IMG/VR virus record: IMGVR_UViG_3300044957_000763
Location: 124,001 to 188,000 of that record
Length of the DNA stretch: 64,000 nucleotides
Reading direction: 5' to 3' (one strand)
In this document: positions 45,008-55,575 of the stretch, in pieces
Layout of the letters: every line of letters starts with the position of its first letter
How positions within the stretch are numbered: position 1 is the stretch's first letter
Translations under genes and position numbers: made by a program
The notes under the pieces: generated by a model
The model's database searches: none
What the model was told of the DNA's origin: nothing
Seen by the model: only the letters and a program-made list of their open reading frames with translations

Positions 45008-46267
45008 ATGAACTATCTTAGAACTGTTTTTGCATCCGATATGCCCTTTGCGGCAGATAGAGAACTTGGAAACCAAGTCCTTTGTGGGCGAATTACCAAC
45101 GTGCGTAGGCAAGGTGGTGTTTGTTTCATTACAATCCAAGACCACACTGGCAGAACTCAACTATTCGGCCAGCGCAATGTACTTGGTGACCGATATACCG
45201 ACTTCTATCAAATGGGTGTTGGTGACATGGTGTATGCGCTTGGAAACATTGCACGCACTGTAGCCGGCGAACCAAGTCTGTTTGTATCTGACTTTGGAAT
45301 TGGTGGTGTTGCATATGACCGACCACCTCTAGGTCAGGTTACTCCAGACGGTGTTCGGATGAATGCTCTTGAGGACATTGAAGAGTGTCGAAGAAATCGA
45401 CATTTGGATATGATGTCGAATAGCGACACAATGTCGCGATTCGTGTCGCGTTCGCAGTTTATTAGCGACTTGCGTGCCTATCTTCGCGACATGGCCTATT
45501 TAGAAGTCGAGACACCAATTTTGCAAGAACAGGCCACTGGTGCCACTGCGTCTACGTTCAATACGTATCACAACGAAATGAACCAGGATATGCAGTTGCG
45601 AATCGCTCTTGAGATTCACCTCAAGCTATGCATTATGGGTGGATTAGACAGGGTATTTGAACTTGGTCGGGTTTTCAGAAACGAAGGTGTTAGTTCGCGT
45701 CACAATCCAGAGTTTACATTGTTAGAGATGTACGCTGCGTGGACTGGACTTGAGCACATGATGTCAGAAACTGAGCATATCGTCCGAATGGCATATGCTT
45801 CATTTGGCCGTGAATTGCCAGAATTCAGAGTTGCTACAATGGGCTCTCTGGTTGGTGATTCAGAAAATTTGATTGAAGATTTTGACAATCATATTGCACA
45901 CACGTTAGTTGAGCCGACGTTTGTTACAAATCATCCACTAAGCGATTCGCCTTTTGCTCAAGAGGACATTGCAATGCCTGGTACGGCTATGAGGTTTGAA
46001 CTCTATATCAATGGTGTAGAAGTTGCGAATGCCTATCAGGAAATCAATGATGCCGAAGAACAGGCTTCTCGTTTGAGATTGGATGATGGAACATTGGCAC
46101 CAATGGATGCGTATTTTGTCAACGCAATGCGAAATGGCATGCCGCCGACAAGCGGCCTCGGGATTGGTATTGACAGGCTAGTTATGCTTGCATCCAATTC
46201 TGCATCAATTCGTGACATCTTGTTGTTCCCGTCGATGAGAAATACAGGAGGGATTCCTATGTTGTAG
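45008..46267 (+). CDS. lysS: Compact class II lysyl-tRNA synthetase
   Basis: N-terminal OB fold; YLEVETP, LRIALEIHLK, motif 2 FRNEG..RHNPEFT.LEMY, motif 3 GMPPTSGLGIGIDRLVM. Confidence 0.9.
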   Translation: MNYLRTVFASDMPFAADRELGNQVLCGRITNVRRQGGVCFITIQDHTGRTQLFGQRNVLGDRYTDFYQMGVGDMVYALGNIARTVAGEPSLFVSDFGIGGVAYDRPPLGQVTPDGVRMNALEDIEECRRNRHLDMMSNSDTMSRFVSRSQFISDLRAYLRDMAYLEVETPILQEQATGATASTFNTYHNEMNQDMQLRIALEIHLKLCIMGGLDRVFELGRVFRNEGVSSRHNPEFTLLEMYAAWTGLEHMMSETEHIVRMAYASFGRELPEFRVATMGSLVGDSENLIEDFDNHIAHTLVEPTFVTNHPLSDSPFAQEDIAMPGTAMRFELYINGVEVANAYQEINDAEEQASRLRLDDGTLAPMDAYFVNAMRNGMPPTSGLGIGIDRLVMLASNSASIRDILLFPSMRNTGGIPML

Positions 46268-46352
46268 GATAATAGAGCACCGCCTTGACCTTGATATTGT
46301 GAATTTCGTCACTCTGTGCCAACAGGCACCACGATATCTAAGGAAAAGGAAA

Positions 46353-46787
46353 ATGTCAAAAACACTTAACAAAACAATTACTTCGAAGTTTTATGCCACC
46401 GAAGGTGGCTACGATGAAATGCGTCGCCGCTGGTCGGCAGCGGTGAACGATAAAGAGATTCGCAAGACTCTCACGTCGTCTCACCATGCGCTGTACATCA
46501 TTTTGTCTGGCAAGAATCTTGGCAAGTCATTCACACCGATTACGAACCAAGTCAAGTTAGACAATGGTGCGTATCCATACGGTGGCGCCACTCGCGCACT
46601 GAATGGATTGTGGACTTATGACTGGTCAAAGCGCAAGAATATTGCCAGGTCCGAGGTTTGGTCGATGTTCAAGGACTTGTTGTCCGAGAATGCCGAAGAA
46701 CTCGTTCGCGCATTGGTGCCAACCAAGGTTTCGGCTGGTGATTTCGATTACATTCTTGCGGCCGTGCTGTTTGCGGAGGTCGCATAA
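46353..46787 (+). CDS. Hypothetical protein
   Basis: AGGAAAAGGA SD before MSKTLNK; coupled to the Pth2-like gene. Confidence 0.65.
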   Translation: MSKTLNKTITSKFYATEGGYDEMRRRWSAAVNDKEIRKTLTSSHHALYIILSGKNLGKSFTPITNQVKLDNGAYPYGGATRALNGLWTYDWSKRKNIARSEVWSMFKDLLSENAEELVRALVPTKVSAGDFDYILAAVLFAEVA

Positions 46788-46789
46788 CC

Positions 46790-47224
46790 ATGAGAAAAGA
46801 GGATGTCAGGAAGATTCTTCCTGGCGTCCTCGCCGGTGATGGCGAGGACGCAAAATTAGCAAAACTGGAAACAATGACATCATACGTTTATGTTGCGGTT
46901 CGTTCAGACCTTGCACCAGCGCAGCAATTGGTTCAGGCCGCTCACGCCACTCAAGAAAGTGGTGCGCAATTTGGTTGTCCAGAACACTGCCACATGGTTG
47001 TGTTTGAAGTGAACGGTGTTGATGGTCTGAAAAAATTCTGTGAGGTGTGTGGTAATGCGGATATCCAATATTCGCTGTTTTACGAACCGGATTATGACCT
47101 GGGATATACGTCAGCGTGTACTGAACCGATTACAGGTCTGGCACGCTCACATTTTCGTAGGTTTCAGTTGTTCGGGGCACAAATTCCAATTCAACAGGAT
47201 AAGCCATCCCGCCAGCCGGCATAG
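46790..47224 (+). CDS. Pth2-like (peptidyl-tRNA hydrolase 2 fold) protein
   Basis: YVAVRSDL...QLVQAAHA...FYEPD...TSACT. Confidence 0.65.
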   Translation: MRKEDVRKILPGVLAGDGEDAKLAKLETMTSYVYVAVRSDLAPAQQLVQAAHATQESGAQFGCPEHCHMVVFEVNGVDGLKKFCEVCGNADIQYSLFYEPDYDLGYTSACTEPITGLARSHFRRFQLFGAQIPIQQDKPSRQPA

Positions 47225-47975
47225 TAGTTAGATACAAAGATTGACCTGGCCTGAGTGTAAATGTTGCTAGTCGATATTTACCTTTAGCTGGTATCATCGG
47301 GGTGTTGTGGTAAATACCATTGACACCCCAAGTTACAACTGCTTTTCCGCCTCTTGGGCTTGCGTATATCACAACGCTCTTGGTGGTCTTTGATGCGTTT
47401 GTGACTGTCACTTTTTGAATAACACCGTACTGACCTATATTAGCACTTGGGCCTAGTCCGCCAAATCGTATCTTTACCGGATGGTCTTCGATTTTTTCTG
47501 AAAACACAGACTCTGTTGAGTCCATAATGCCAATAATAGTTTTGGGGTTGACGGTGTTGCCAGTTTTGCATTCAATTTGTACGTCTTTGGCGGCTGTGAA
47601 TTCAATGACACCACTAATTGTCTGACCAGGGAGCCATTGGTGGTTGATATTTACTTCGCGCAATACCTTGTAATTCTGAAAGAATTCTAGTACCGCTTGG
47701 GAGCCTGCCAATCCTGGACTACCGTTAAATGAGAATCCAACTATACCTAATATTGGTTGGCTTGATTTGAACTCAAATTCCATGGTTTTTCTACCGGAAT
47801 TCTTGTAGTGAAAGAAAATTCGGACTTGTTTCCCGGAGCGCACCTCGAATTGTGCTAACCGTTGAGTGGTAGCAATGCTTTCTGGCTTGTTCAGAAAGTA
47901 TAGGCTTTTTGTTTGTGCCCAAACCATACTGAGTGTAGCCACAAACACAATGAGCGTTATGGCAGCTCGTATCAT
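47130..47975 (-). CDS. Secreted hypothetical protein
   Basis: Signal peptide; beta-rich. Confidence 0.6.
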   Translation of the reverse strand: MIRAAITLIVFVATLSMVWAQTKSLYFLNKPESIATTQRLAQFEVRSGKQVRIFFHYKNSGRKTMEFEFKSSQPILGIVGFSFNGSPGLAGSQAVLEFFQNYKVLREVNINHQWLPGQTISGVIEFTAAKDVQIECKTGNTVNPKTIIGIMDSTESVFSEKIEDHPVKIRFGGLGPSANIGQYGVIQKVTVTNASKTTKSVVIYASPRGGKAVVTWGVNGIYHNTPMIPAKGKYRLATFTLRPGQSLYLTTMPAGGMAYPVELEFVPRTTETYENVSVPDL

Positions 47976-48036
47976 ATCAACTCTCTTACGGAGTTTGATT
48001 TCGCCACCTGCAATCTCAGGTGCGATAAATGTAGTA

Positions 48037-48311
48037 TGGACGCAAATCAGTCAGATTTACATGGGGTTGTATTTGTATCTATGGACGGAATGCAGGCCAT
48101 GTACGTATCTGGAGAACTTGTGATGCAACAGCCTCAATTAAGTATTGAGGCTGTGTTAGAAGAATTAGGAGTGCCGTTTGTCTCACACTTTCTGTCTAGC
48201 CCATGCAACCCAGTGGTCAGACGAGGTGTGTTTCCTGTCAATTTGAAGAAGGTGATTCTAGAAGATGATATGTATTTTTCTAAAGGTATAAATGGTGATA
48301 GCTGTGGATAG
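48037..48311 (+). CDS. Hypothetical protein
   Basis: Likely start MDANQSD; first gene of a co-oriented operon. Confidence 0.5.
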
Positions 48312-48708
48312 GTTTATGGATATTGAGATAGAACAAACATCTATTTACATTGTGCTATCTGTATTCGCGGCTCAAATACATAATGACAAATTGCCTATTG
48401 TGGTACACCAAGACGAAGATTACTTTTTGGTTGCAAAACGTATTAGTGAATCGCATTTGATTTATGAAGTTGCAATCTGGAGGACATGCGAGTTTGAGGA
48501 CGTACAAGGCGTGTTGTTTTCTGTGGCACATTTTCCTGGCATTGTCAACACTATTTACAGATATGAAGAATGGAACTCAATTCCAATTAATCAAATGGGC
48601 ACGCGCTCTATTTACGGACCAATGCATGGCATTGTCTCTACGTTCGCATACCCAGATGATGAATATGAGCTTTCCAGCTTCAATAACAGGGCACTGGGTG
48701 CTTACTAA
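48292..48708 (+). CDS. Hypothetical protein
   Basis: 138-aa ORF; TAATG-coupled to the next gene. Confidence 0.55.
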   Translation: MVIAVDRFMDIEIEQTSIYIVLSVFAAQIHNDKLPIVVHQDEDYFLVAKRISESHLIYEVAIWRTCEFEDVQGVLFSVAHFPGIVNTIYRYEEWNSIPINQMGTRSIYGPMHGIVSTFAYPDDEYELSSFNNRALGAY

Positions 48709-49172
48709 TGGAGTGGAGAGATGGTTGTGATTTTCTTGAATTAGCTGTTCAAGAAGGCATTGACAATATTGTGTTTAGTGCCAATTCTGTAGTTAACAAA
48801 CACGGTCTTGTAATGGGCAAGGGAGCGGCTTTGAGAATACGCGATGCCTACCCAGGTATTACCAGCGATTTTGGGAAGATACTTGACCGTAGACCTCCTG
48901 GTGATTATTATGTGATTAAGGTGAGTCGGTCAGAGACACCCAGTTCTGTTTATGCGCTACAAGTTAAGCGCAAATATCGAGACCCAGGTGATTTTGAGCT
49001 GTGTCGACAGTCTTTGCAAAAACTCAATCAAATACTCGGTGATTCGAGGGCCGTAATGAATTGTCCCTTGATTACAAACGGTGGTTTTCACGACGAAAAA
49101 GAGCGCGTGTATGAAATGATTGAAAATGAGTTAGAAAATTCACCAATATTGGTTACTAGATTTGATGTATAG
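48708..49172 (+). CDS. Macrodomain (ADP-ribose-binding) protein
   Basis: AN...LVMGKGAA...YP; LQVK..Y; CPLI..GG. Confidence 0.7.
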   Translation: MEWRDGCDFLELAVQEGIDNIVFSANSVVNKHGLVMGKGAALRIRDAYPGITSDFGKILDRRPPGDYYVIKVSRSETPSSVYALQVKRKYRDPGDFELCRQSLQKLNQILGDSRAVMNCPLITNGGFHDEKERVYEMIENELENSPILVTRFDV

Positions 49173-49186
49173 GTGCGATAAGTTGT

Positions 49187-49756
49187 ATGGTGTCTAATTC
49201 AGAATTGAAACTGCATGACGAAGAGTGGGTGTTACGTCAGTACGATGCTTTGGCCTATAGTATGGCAAGAAAGTATTACGCAAATGTATCCGCTTCTCAC
49301 GAATTGGAAGAACTTGTTCAGGTCGCCAGAATGGGCATACTCGAGGCCGCCCGAAATTTTGACGAATCTCGAGGTGTGAAATTTATAACACACGCATACA
49401 ATTCGGCATGGCACTCTTTATCAAGGTATTTGCGCAAAAACCCAGGATTAGTTCGCGTTACAAATACTGAGCGCGACGGTGTTCCTACTATTTTGCCGCT
49501 CTTTGCGTCTATGGTGAGTTCTGATACTTCTCACGAAGATATAGAGCGCAGTGTAATGATAGAAGAACTACTAGATTGCCTAGAACCAGATGAGCGTGAG
49601 GTATGTGTCAAAATGCACATGCATGGCATGAGTGCCAAAGAAGTCGCGGCATCAATGAGCAATCTAACCTCATACAAGGTACTGATTCTGAATCGAAGCG
49701 CATTATCAAAATTGAAAGACAGAGCGAAGTCCATGGGGCTCGGGGCTGAATTATGA
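49187..49756 (+). CDS. Sigma-70 family RNA polymerase sigma factor
   Basis: Region 2 EELVQ..GILEAARNFDESRGVKFITHA; region 4 HTH. Confidence 0.85.
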   Translation: MVSNSELKLHDEEWVLRQYDALAYSMARKYYANVSASHELEELVQVARMGILEAARNFDESRGVKFITHAYNSAWHSLSRYLRKNPGLVRVTNTERDGVPTILPLFASMVSSDTSHEDIERSVMIEELLDCLEPDEREVCVKMHMHGMSAKEVAASMSNLTSYKVLILNRSALSKLKDRAKSMGLGAEL

Positions 49757-50751
49757 ACGACAAAATAGAATTCACATCATTGTTTTCTGGCTGCGGCGGA
49801 TTAGACTGCGGTATGCATATGGCCGGTCTAAAAACTGTCTATGCCAATGAGTATGACAAACGCATTACTCCTACTTATCGTAGAAACTTCCCCGATGTAG
49901 AGGTTTCCACCGGAGATATTCGGACCATCAGTTTTGCAGACTTACCAAATACTCGAGGCATTATTGGTTCTCCTCCGTGTCAATCATGGTCTGCCGCAGG
50001 CGCAGGCCGCGGCGCGATGGACCCTCGAGGAAAACTGTTCTACGTTTATTGTGATATTATTGCAGCTAAGAAACCTGAGTTTTTTGTTGCAGAAAATGTC
50101 TCAGGCATGTTGCAGGGCAAAAAAGTTGAGGCGTTTCAGTACTTGATTGGTCAGTTAAAGAGTTGTGGTTACCATGTTGCCTACAAGTTGGTTGATTGTG
50201 CAGACTATGGCGTGCCTCAAAATCGAGACCGAGTTTTCATTGTTGGGCTGCGCAATGACACTTATGATTCGGAGTTCGTCTTTCCTGAACCAACACACAT
50301 TGGGAATCATATGACTCTACAAGATGCTATTGGAGACCTCGGTGCACCACAAGAATTGAGTCAAAATCGCAACAACCAGTGGGATTCGTTTAATCACGAA
50401 TATTCATCAGGAACATGGTCGCCGCATTTTATGAGCAGGCAACGAGTGCGCTCGTGGAATGAATGTTCTTACACCATACCAGCTACCGGTCGTCATGTTC
50501 CGTTGCACCCAAGTGCCAATAAGATGATTCCAGCAGGTACAGATAAGTATGTGTTTGACCCAAATACCCCTTGCCCGTATCGTCGCCTTTCTGTTCGAGA
50601 ATGCGCTAGAATACAGACATTTCCAGACGATTTCGTGTTTGAATACGATGCGATTGATGCAGGGTACTTAATGGTTGGTAATGCCGTGCCTGTTGAAATG
50701 GCAAGGGTTATAGGAACAGCGCTTAAAGAACGTATTGAACTAGGCAAATGA
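49753..50751 (+). CDS. DNA (cytosine-5)-methyltransferase, M.HaeIII-like
   Basis: FSGCGG, PPCQ, ENV, QNRDRVF, RECARIQTFP, VGNAVP. Confidence 0.95.
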   Translation: MNDKIEFTSLFSGCGGLDCGMHMAGLKTVYANEYDKRITPTYRRNFPDVEVSTGDIRTISFADLPNTRGIIGSPPCQSWSAAGAGRGAMDPRGKLFYVYCDIIAAKKPEFFVAENVSGMLQGKKVEAFQYLIGQLKSCGYHVAYKLVDCADYGVPQNRDRVFIVGLRNDTYDSEFVFPEPTHIGNHMTLQDAIGDLGAPQELSQNRNNQWDSFNHEYSSGTWSPHFMSRQRVRSWNECSYTIPATGRHVPLHPSANKMIPAGTDKYVFDPNTPCPYRRLSVRECARIQTFPDDFVFEYDAIDAGYLMVGNAVPVEMARVIGTALKERIELGK

Positions 50752-52421
50752 AGTCACTGTCACTTTTCTCTGGTATTGGTGGCATTGAATTGGCACTGTC
50801 TCAAATTGGCATTGAGCCAGTTGCTTTTTGTGATTGGGAAAAGTACTGTCAGCAAATTTTGTCCCGCCACTGGGAAAGTGTTCCGGTGTTTGGCGATGTC
50901 AAAGAGCTTGATGTCGAGCAATTAAGGGCTTCTGGCGTATCTATAGATGACATCAAGATTATTACTGGCGGGTATCCTTGTCAAAGTCACTCTGTTGCCG
51001 GCAATCGCAAGGGTCGAGACGACGAGCGACATTTATGGCCAGAGATGTTCAGATTGATTCAATCAATCTCTCCAGATTACATCATCGGTGAGAATGTCGA
51101 AGGTTTACTGAGTAGTTCTGACGGTACTGTGTTTGGCGATGTGCTAAGAGATATGTCTTCGTTAGGATATCGCGTGGGATGGTGTTGTTATCCCGCCAGC
51201 GATATCGGATGCTCGCACGAAAGATATCGGGTGTTCTCATTTGGTTTGCGTGAAACACATTCTGGCTGGATGCCAGACAAAACCGTGGTGATGGACGCAA
51301 TTATGGCATGGCTGGCATATGCGAAGTGGCCAGCACTTCCTGGTTATAAGCAACGTGTTTATGAGCCACCACGCGTGATATTCGAAGACATTGACAAAGA
51401 CCGGTCAAAACGCGTAAAGGCAATTGGCAATGCTGTTTCACCAATGCAGATTTTTCCTATAGCATTGGCGTTAATGTGTCGCGGTGATATGGAATACATT
51501 GACTTTTCAGGTATTAAGCAAGATTGGTTAGAGGCTTGTGTTAATGTCAGAATGTTTGATAAGAAACTAGCAGTTCTTGAGGAATGTTTTCGACTTGTGA
51601 GAACAGTAATTGAGCAACCAATTGGTAAGACTTTTGCATATTTAGACAACGATGTGTGGCATTTAGGGACAAAGCCGTTTATTGGCAAACCTGGCCTTCA
51701 GGTGCCCAAGTGGAAAAAGTGGGGGTATATCTCACATGGCACTACTTGTATGGATTACAAGCACAATTTCAACACCACGACTTTGAGAGCACAATTCCCA
51801 CCATATCTCGGTGACAGACATCATGGTTCAGAACAATGGAGAGATATGGACGAAGCACTATGGCGCACTCCAACGTCTGAATGCGGCGTTAAGATTACCA
51901 GCTTAATGGACAAAGACGGTAATCCGCCGTCCAGGCTAGGTGTTACTACATATCGTCGCAACAAAGATGGCACTGTGGCAGTTCAGTCAGTCACACTCAA
52001 TCAGCAAGTTGCCATGTGCCACGAATGGGAGTCGGCACTTTGGGCCACTCCTCAGGCCAATACTACCACCGGAGAATTACCAGAGTATTTAGTGAATTCA
52101 AAGGGAGAGGAACCACAACCAGGCGAGAAAATGTATCGTCGTGATTCCGGTCGAATGGTTCAAACAGCACTTACTACACAAGTCAAGATGTGGCCTGGCG
52201 AGGCCGATGCGGCACCTTACTGTCCTATTAGTGTATTGTGGCCGAGACCCACTACGCATGAGTCGTCAGAAGTTATTGATTGTGTTTATAGTCCAAGCAA
52301 AACAAGTGACACTATAGAGCGCACCGCTCGTTCTGCCAGTGGCAAGCGTGCAATGATGAATCCTGATTGGGAAGAAGTACTTATGGGATTCCCAATTGGA
52401 TGGACTAAGTTAAACTTGTAA
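50748..52421 (+). CDS. DNA (cytosine-5)-methyltransferase with extended C-terminus
   Basis: FSGIGG, GYPCQ, ENV, RYRVF, IGNAV; three LWxTP-like repeats and NPDWEEVLMGFPIGWT. Confidence 0.88.
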   Translation: MKSLSLFSGIGGIELALSQIGIEPVAFCDWEKYCQQILSRHWESVPVFGDVKELDVEQLRASGVSIDDIKIITGGYPCQSHSVAGNRKGRDDERHLWPEMFRLIQSISPDYIIGENVEGLLSSSDGTVFGDVLRDMSSLGYRVGWCCYPASDIGCSHERYRVFSFGLRETHSGWMPDKTVVMDAIMAWLAYAKWPALPGYKQRVYEPPRVIFEDIDKDRSKRVKAIGNAVSPMQIFPIALALMCRGDMEYIDFSGIKQDWLEACVNVRMFDKKLAVLEECFRLVRTVIEQPIGKTFAYLDNDVWHLGTKPFIGKPGLQVPKWKKWGYISHGTTCMDYKHNFNTTTLRAQFPPYLGDRHHGSEQWRDMDEALWRTPTSECGVKITSLMDKDGNPPSRLGVTTYRRNKDGTVAVQSVTLNQQVAMCHEWESALWATPQANTTTGELPEYLVNSKGEEPQPGEKMYRRDSGRMVQTALTTQVKMWPGEADAAPYCPISVLWPRPTTHESSEVIDCVYSPSKTSDTIERTARSASGKRAMMNPDWEEVLMGFPIGWTKLNL

Positions 52422-52430
52422 AATTGTAGT

Positions 52431-52730
52431 ATGTACGACGATGACTCTTTGTTTTTACCACATGCACGAGACATGCTAGATATTGAAATGTCTAGTACGT
52501 TTAAGCAAGCTAAAGTTATTCTATCTGAAACAGCAGAAAAACTTAATAGTCTGGGTGTTTGTTATGTTCTCAAATTTTGTGAAAGTGAACATAATGATTA
52601 TGATAATTCTGTGTCCATGCACATAGCATGTAAGTGTAGTGAAATGACTGTGGCTAACGCAGGGGCACTACTGGAGTATGAGCAACAGAGATTTGTTGAG
52701 TTTATAGATGGTGCGCGTGATGATTCTTGA
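52431..52730 (+). CDS. Hypothetical protein
   Basis: 99-aa ORF in operon. Confidence 0.5.
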   Translation: MYDDDSLFLPHARDMLDIEMSSTFKQAKVILSETAEKLNSLGVCYVLKFCESEHNDYDNSVSMHIACKCSEMTVANAGALLEYEQQRFVEFIDGARDDS

Positions 52731-53091
52731 CTATATTAAGAGATTACTAAAACAATATCCTCCAGTTCCACGCTCGCGTTTCAACACCGAGTCTAAAGGT
52801 GATATGACGATTACTACGGGCAACTTTACTGTAGGGACGTCAGGAGGTATTACATTTACGTCAAATCCCAATACCACATTGAAAATGTCTCCTATGCCAA
52901 TAGACCGATTAGTGTCTAGTGTTGCAAACAAAATAGACAACAAAAGTCTCTCAGATTACGAATTTCGAGAGTGGTTGCGCGATAATTTAAGTAGCTGTGA
53001 ATATCAATCTGAAAATAGTCCGCGTAAATATACCAAGCCGGACGACACAAGACCAATTTCAGTTATAGACGCAATGTTAGAGGTGAAATAA
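52720..53091 (+). CDS. Hypothetical protein
   Basis: ORF in operon. Confidence 0.5.
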   Translation: MILDYIKRLLKQYPPVPRSRFNTESKGDMTITTGNFTVGTSGGITFTSNPNTTLKMSPMPIDRLVSSVANKIDNKSLSDYEFREWLRDNLSSCEYQSENSPRKYTKPDDTRPISVIDAMLEVK

Positions 53092-53664
53092 ATGACAGTA
53101 ATTGGTGTAAGTGGTAAGAAGCGTTCTGGCAAAGACACGTTCTTTCAAATGCTCGAGAAACACAGTAGTGTTCCTGTTTATCGTTTGGCTTTCGCAGACA
53201 CGTTGAAAAACGAAATTTATGAAATGATTCTCAAACCAGATGGGCTAGAACGCTCAATGCTTGATAATGATGAGACAAAAGAGCAGTTTAGAATATTGCT
53301 TCAGTGGTGGGGCACAGAGTATCGTCGCAGACTTTTCAGAGATGATTATTGGCTTGTTAAGTTGTCGGAGCAGCTTGAGCCATACAAAGACCAAGATGTA
53401 ATTGTAGTAGTGACAGATGTGCGATTTCCAAATGAATTCAATTTCATTAAGTCTATTGGGGGGTTAATGGTCAGGATTTCAAGACCTGGGCTTACAAGTT
53501 CAACAGACTCTCATGTGTCAGAAATTGCTCTCGATGATGAGAAAGGGTTCGATACGTTTGTTGACAACAACGGTACACTAGAACAATTTGAAAGTATTGT
53601 TCAGGCTTATATTGGCGCACTTAATCGTGGTGCGAGTTGTTTAAGAATGGTGAGTGTGGTCTAA
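53092..53664 (+). CDS. Deoxynucleoside monophosphate kinase
   Basis: GVSGKKRSGKDT P-loop, FADTLK, TDVRFPNE, HVSE. Confidence 0.9.
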   Translation: MTVIGVSGKKRSGKDTFFQMLEKHSSVPVYRLAFADTLKNEIYEMILKPDGLERSMLDNDETKEQFRILLQWWGTEYRRRLFRDDYWLVKLSEQLEPYKDQDVIVVVTDVRFPNEFNFIKSIGGLMVRISRPGLTSSTDSHVSEIALDDEKGFDTFVDNNGTLEQFESIVQAYIGALNRGASCLRMVSVV

Positions 53665-54170
53665 TCCGTTAGTTCTGGAACCGCACTGCCACACGCAATG
53701 CCAAATCCCTCGATATCATCTCGTGACGGATGGTGCATTACATTTTTGGAAAGATTGGCCGCAACGCCATCATCATCAATATCTCCGCAAATTGCAACAG
53801 AGAAATTGTTGATTTTTGGTTCGGCATTCATCAACAAATGTGATGCGCCATCGTCATATAAATCTGAGTCACGGAAGCACGCAACAAACTCTTCAGTTAC
53901 ACCCGCTGACATTTTGTTCATGTATTTCAACGCACTGCCCACACCTTCATCAAGTGCAATAATACACAATCGTGCGTGGTCTTCGTTTTCGATTGCTTCG
54001 ATAATACTGTCTTCTGTGTTAGTGTTGTTTACGACAATGGCCACACTGGTTTCTGGTCTCTCGTGAAGCGCAGAGACAACACCTTTGCTCCACGCCATGC
54101 CTACTTTATGGTCTTTGCCTGTTACAATAACACACAAAGTATGTTGTTTAGTTTGGGCGAATCTGCGCAT
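53661..54170 (-). CDS. Hypothetical protein
   Basis: 169-aa ORF. Confidence 0.5.
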   Translation of the reverse strand: MRRFAQTKQHTLCVIVTGKDHKVGMAWSKGVVSALHERPETSVAIVVNNTNTEDSIIEAIENEDHARLCIIALDEGVGSALKYMNKMSAGVTEEFVACFRDSDLYDDGASHLLMNAEPKINNFSVAICGDIDDDGVAANLSKNVMHHPSRDDIEGFGIACGSAVPELTD

Positions 54171-54218
54171 ATATATCTTATACGCATTTTACAGGTGTGT
54201 CTCCTTCAATACACGAAA

Positions 54219-54530
54219 ATGAGATTGGTGAAAGAAAACATTTTAACACCTGAGCAAATAGAGAAAATAACCGAGGCTTTCGTCCATGGTCGCGCTTCGC
54301 AGGGAGAACCTGCACCTACAGATTCAGAACTCGAGTCCATTCTGTGGTGGTTTAATGAAGTCGCTCGAGGCGCAGTACTAATGCAGTGGGTTTTAGACGG
54401 TTCAATTGCGTTGAATATGAATGATAATATCATAGTATTTATTGGTATGGAACAAGACGAAGACACACTATCACCTCTCATTATGAAGCAATTAGAGTCA
54501 CTTGATTTTGATGGAGAAAATCAGGTATAA
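54219..54530 (+). CDS. Hypothetical protein
   Basis: Likely start MRLVKENIL. Confidence 0.5.
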   Translation: MRLVKENILTPEQIEKITEAFVHGRASQGEPAPTDSELESILWWFNEVARGAVLMQWVLDGSIALNMNDNIIVFIGMEQDEDTLSPLIMKQLESLDFDGENQV

Positions 54531-54537
54531 GTCCAAT

Positions 54538-55047
54538 ATGGATGTTATTATTCGTGCAAAATCCGATGACCACTTGCCAGAAAAAACCAAACAGGTCATT
54601 GTTGTGCGCAAACTATACCCGGATGGTAAGGGTGGTCTGCGTAAAATCAGGTCTGGCAAAATAGCATCCCAAGCCGCGCACGCTAGTATGATTTGGTTAT
54701 CAAGGCGGGTTTGTGAGGCTGCATCACCGCCGCTTGAGCATATTGTTGGAAAGATGAGCGCATACCCAGGTGTTAAGTACACAAACAATTTTAACGACCT
54801 TGGGTTTACCACCGAAGAGCGCGATTGGCTAACTGGAAAATTCACCAAGATTGTGCTTGGAGTTGACACAGAAGAAGAACTGATTGCCTTGCATCAAAAA
54901 GCACTAGACGCCGGTCTTACATCTCATATTGTAACTGATTCTGGTCTTACAGAATTTGACGGAGAACCAACCAACACTGCGATTGCCATTGGCCCCCATA
55001 GTGCCAATAGAATTGAAGGATTAACCAAGGGGCTTAGTTTACTATGA
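54538..55047 (+). CDS. Peptidyl-tRNA hydrolase, Pth2 family
   Basis: KQVIVVRK...GKIASQAAHAS...KIVL...DSGLTEF...TAIAIGP. Confidence 0.9.
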   Translation: MDVIIRAKSDDHLPEKTKQVIVVRKLYPDGKGGLRKIRSGKIASQAAHASMIWLSRRVCEAASPPLEHIVGKMSAYPGVKYTNNFNDLGFTTEERDWLTGKFTKIVLGVDTEEELIALHQKALDAGLTSHIVTDSGLTEFDGEPTNTAIAIGPHSANRIEGLTKGLSLL

Positions 55048-55367
55048 AACAAAGAGAGCGCAAAACTTGCACTGCTGATTTTGTCACCGGGGTGGAGTGT
55101 GATATTACTGAACAGCCTTGTGTAGACCTGTCTTGTTTTGAGGGTTCTTTGCCAGAGTTTGACTACGGTGTACTGAAGTATACTGGTGGCTATGGCAGTC
55201 CTTATGACTTCTTAGAGGTTAATCTAGATTTGCACCCCGACCTTGTAGTTGCACTCTTTTTACTTTCGAAACAAGGTAAAAAAATGGCCAGCAAGGATTG
55301 GTGTTACAAAACTCCTAAATTCAAAATTACCATTGAGGAACAAAATGAAAACGAAAGTTCAGATTAA
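55044..55367 (+). CDS. Hypothetical protein
   Basis: 107-aa ORF overlapping its neighbours. Confidence 0.5.
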   Translation: MKQRERKTCTADFVTGVECDITEQPCVDLSCFEGSLPEFDYGVLKYTGGYGSPYDFLEVNLDLHPDLVVALFLLSKQGKKMASKDWCYKTPKFKITIEEQNENESSD

Positions 55368-55575
55368 TGACGCGAGCCAATTAGTTGGCATGTCTGTTGG
55401 CAACGGTAAGTCCGAACTTACAGAAGCCCAACTTCAAAGTATCGCAACCGGACTTGGATATCGCACTGCGCAAATCAGAGACACCTTTTCGATGTATGAT
55501 TGTATGTACGATACAAGCCGGCTGCAAATTCATGTAGACGAACAGAAAAAAATTACATCAGTCCGCGTCGGCTAA
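55345..55575 (+). CDS. Peptidase inhibitor I78-like small protein
   Basis: LVG...IR...DY/CMY...RLQIHVDE...ITSVRVG. Confidence 0.5.
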   Translation: MKTKVQINDASQLVGMSVGNGKSELTEAQLQSIATGLGYRTAQIRDTFSMYDCMYDTSRLQIHVDEQKKITSVRVG

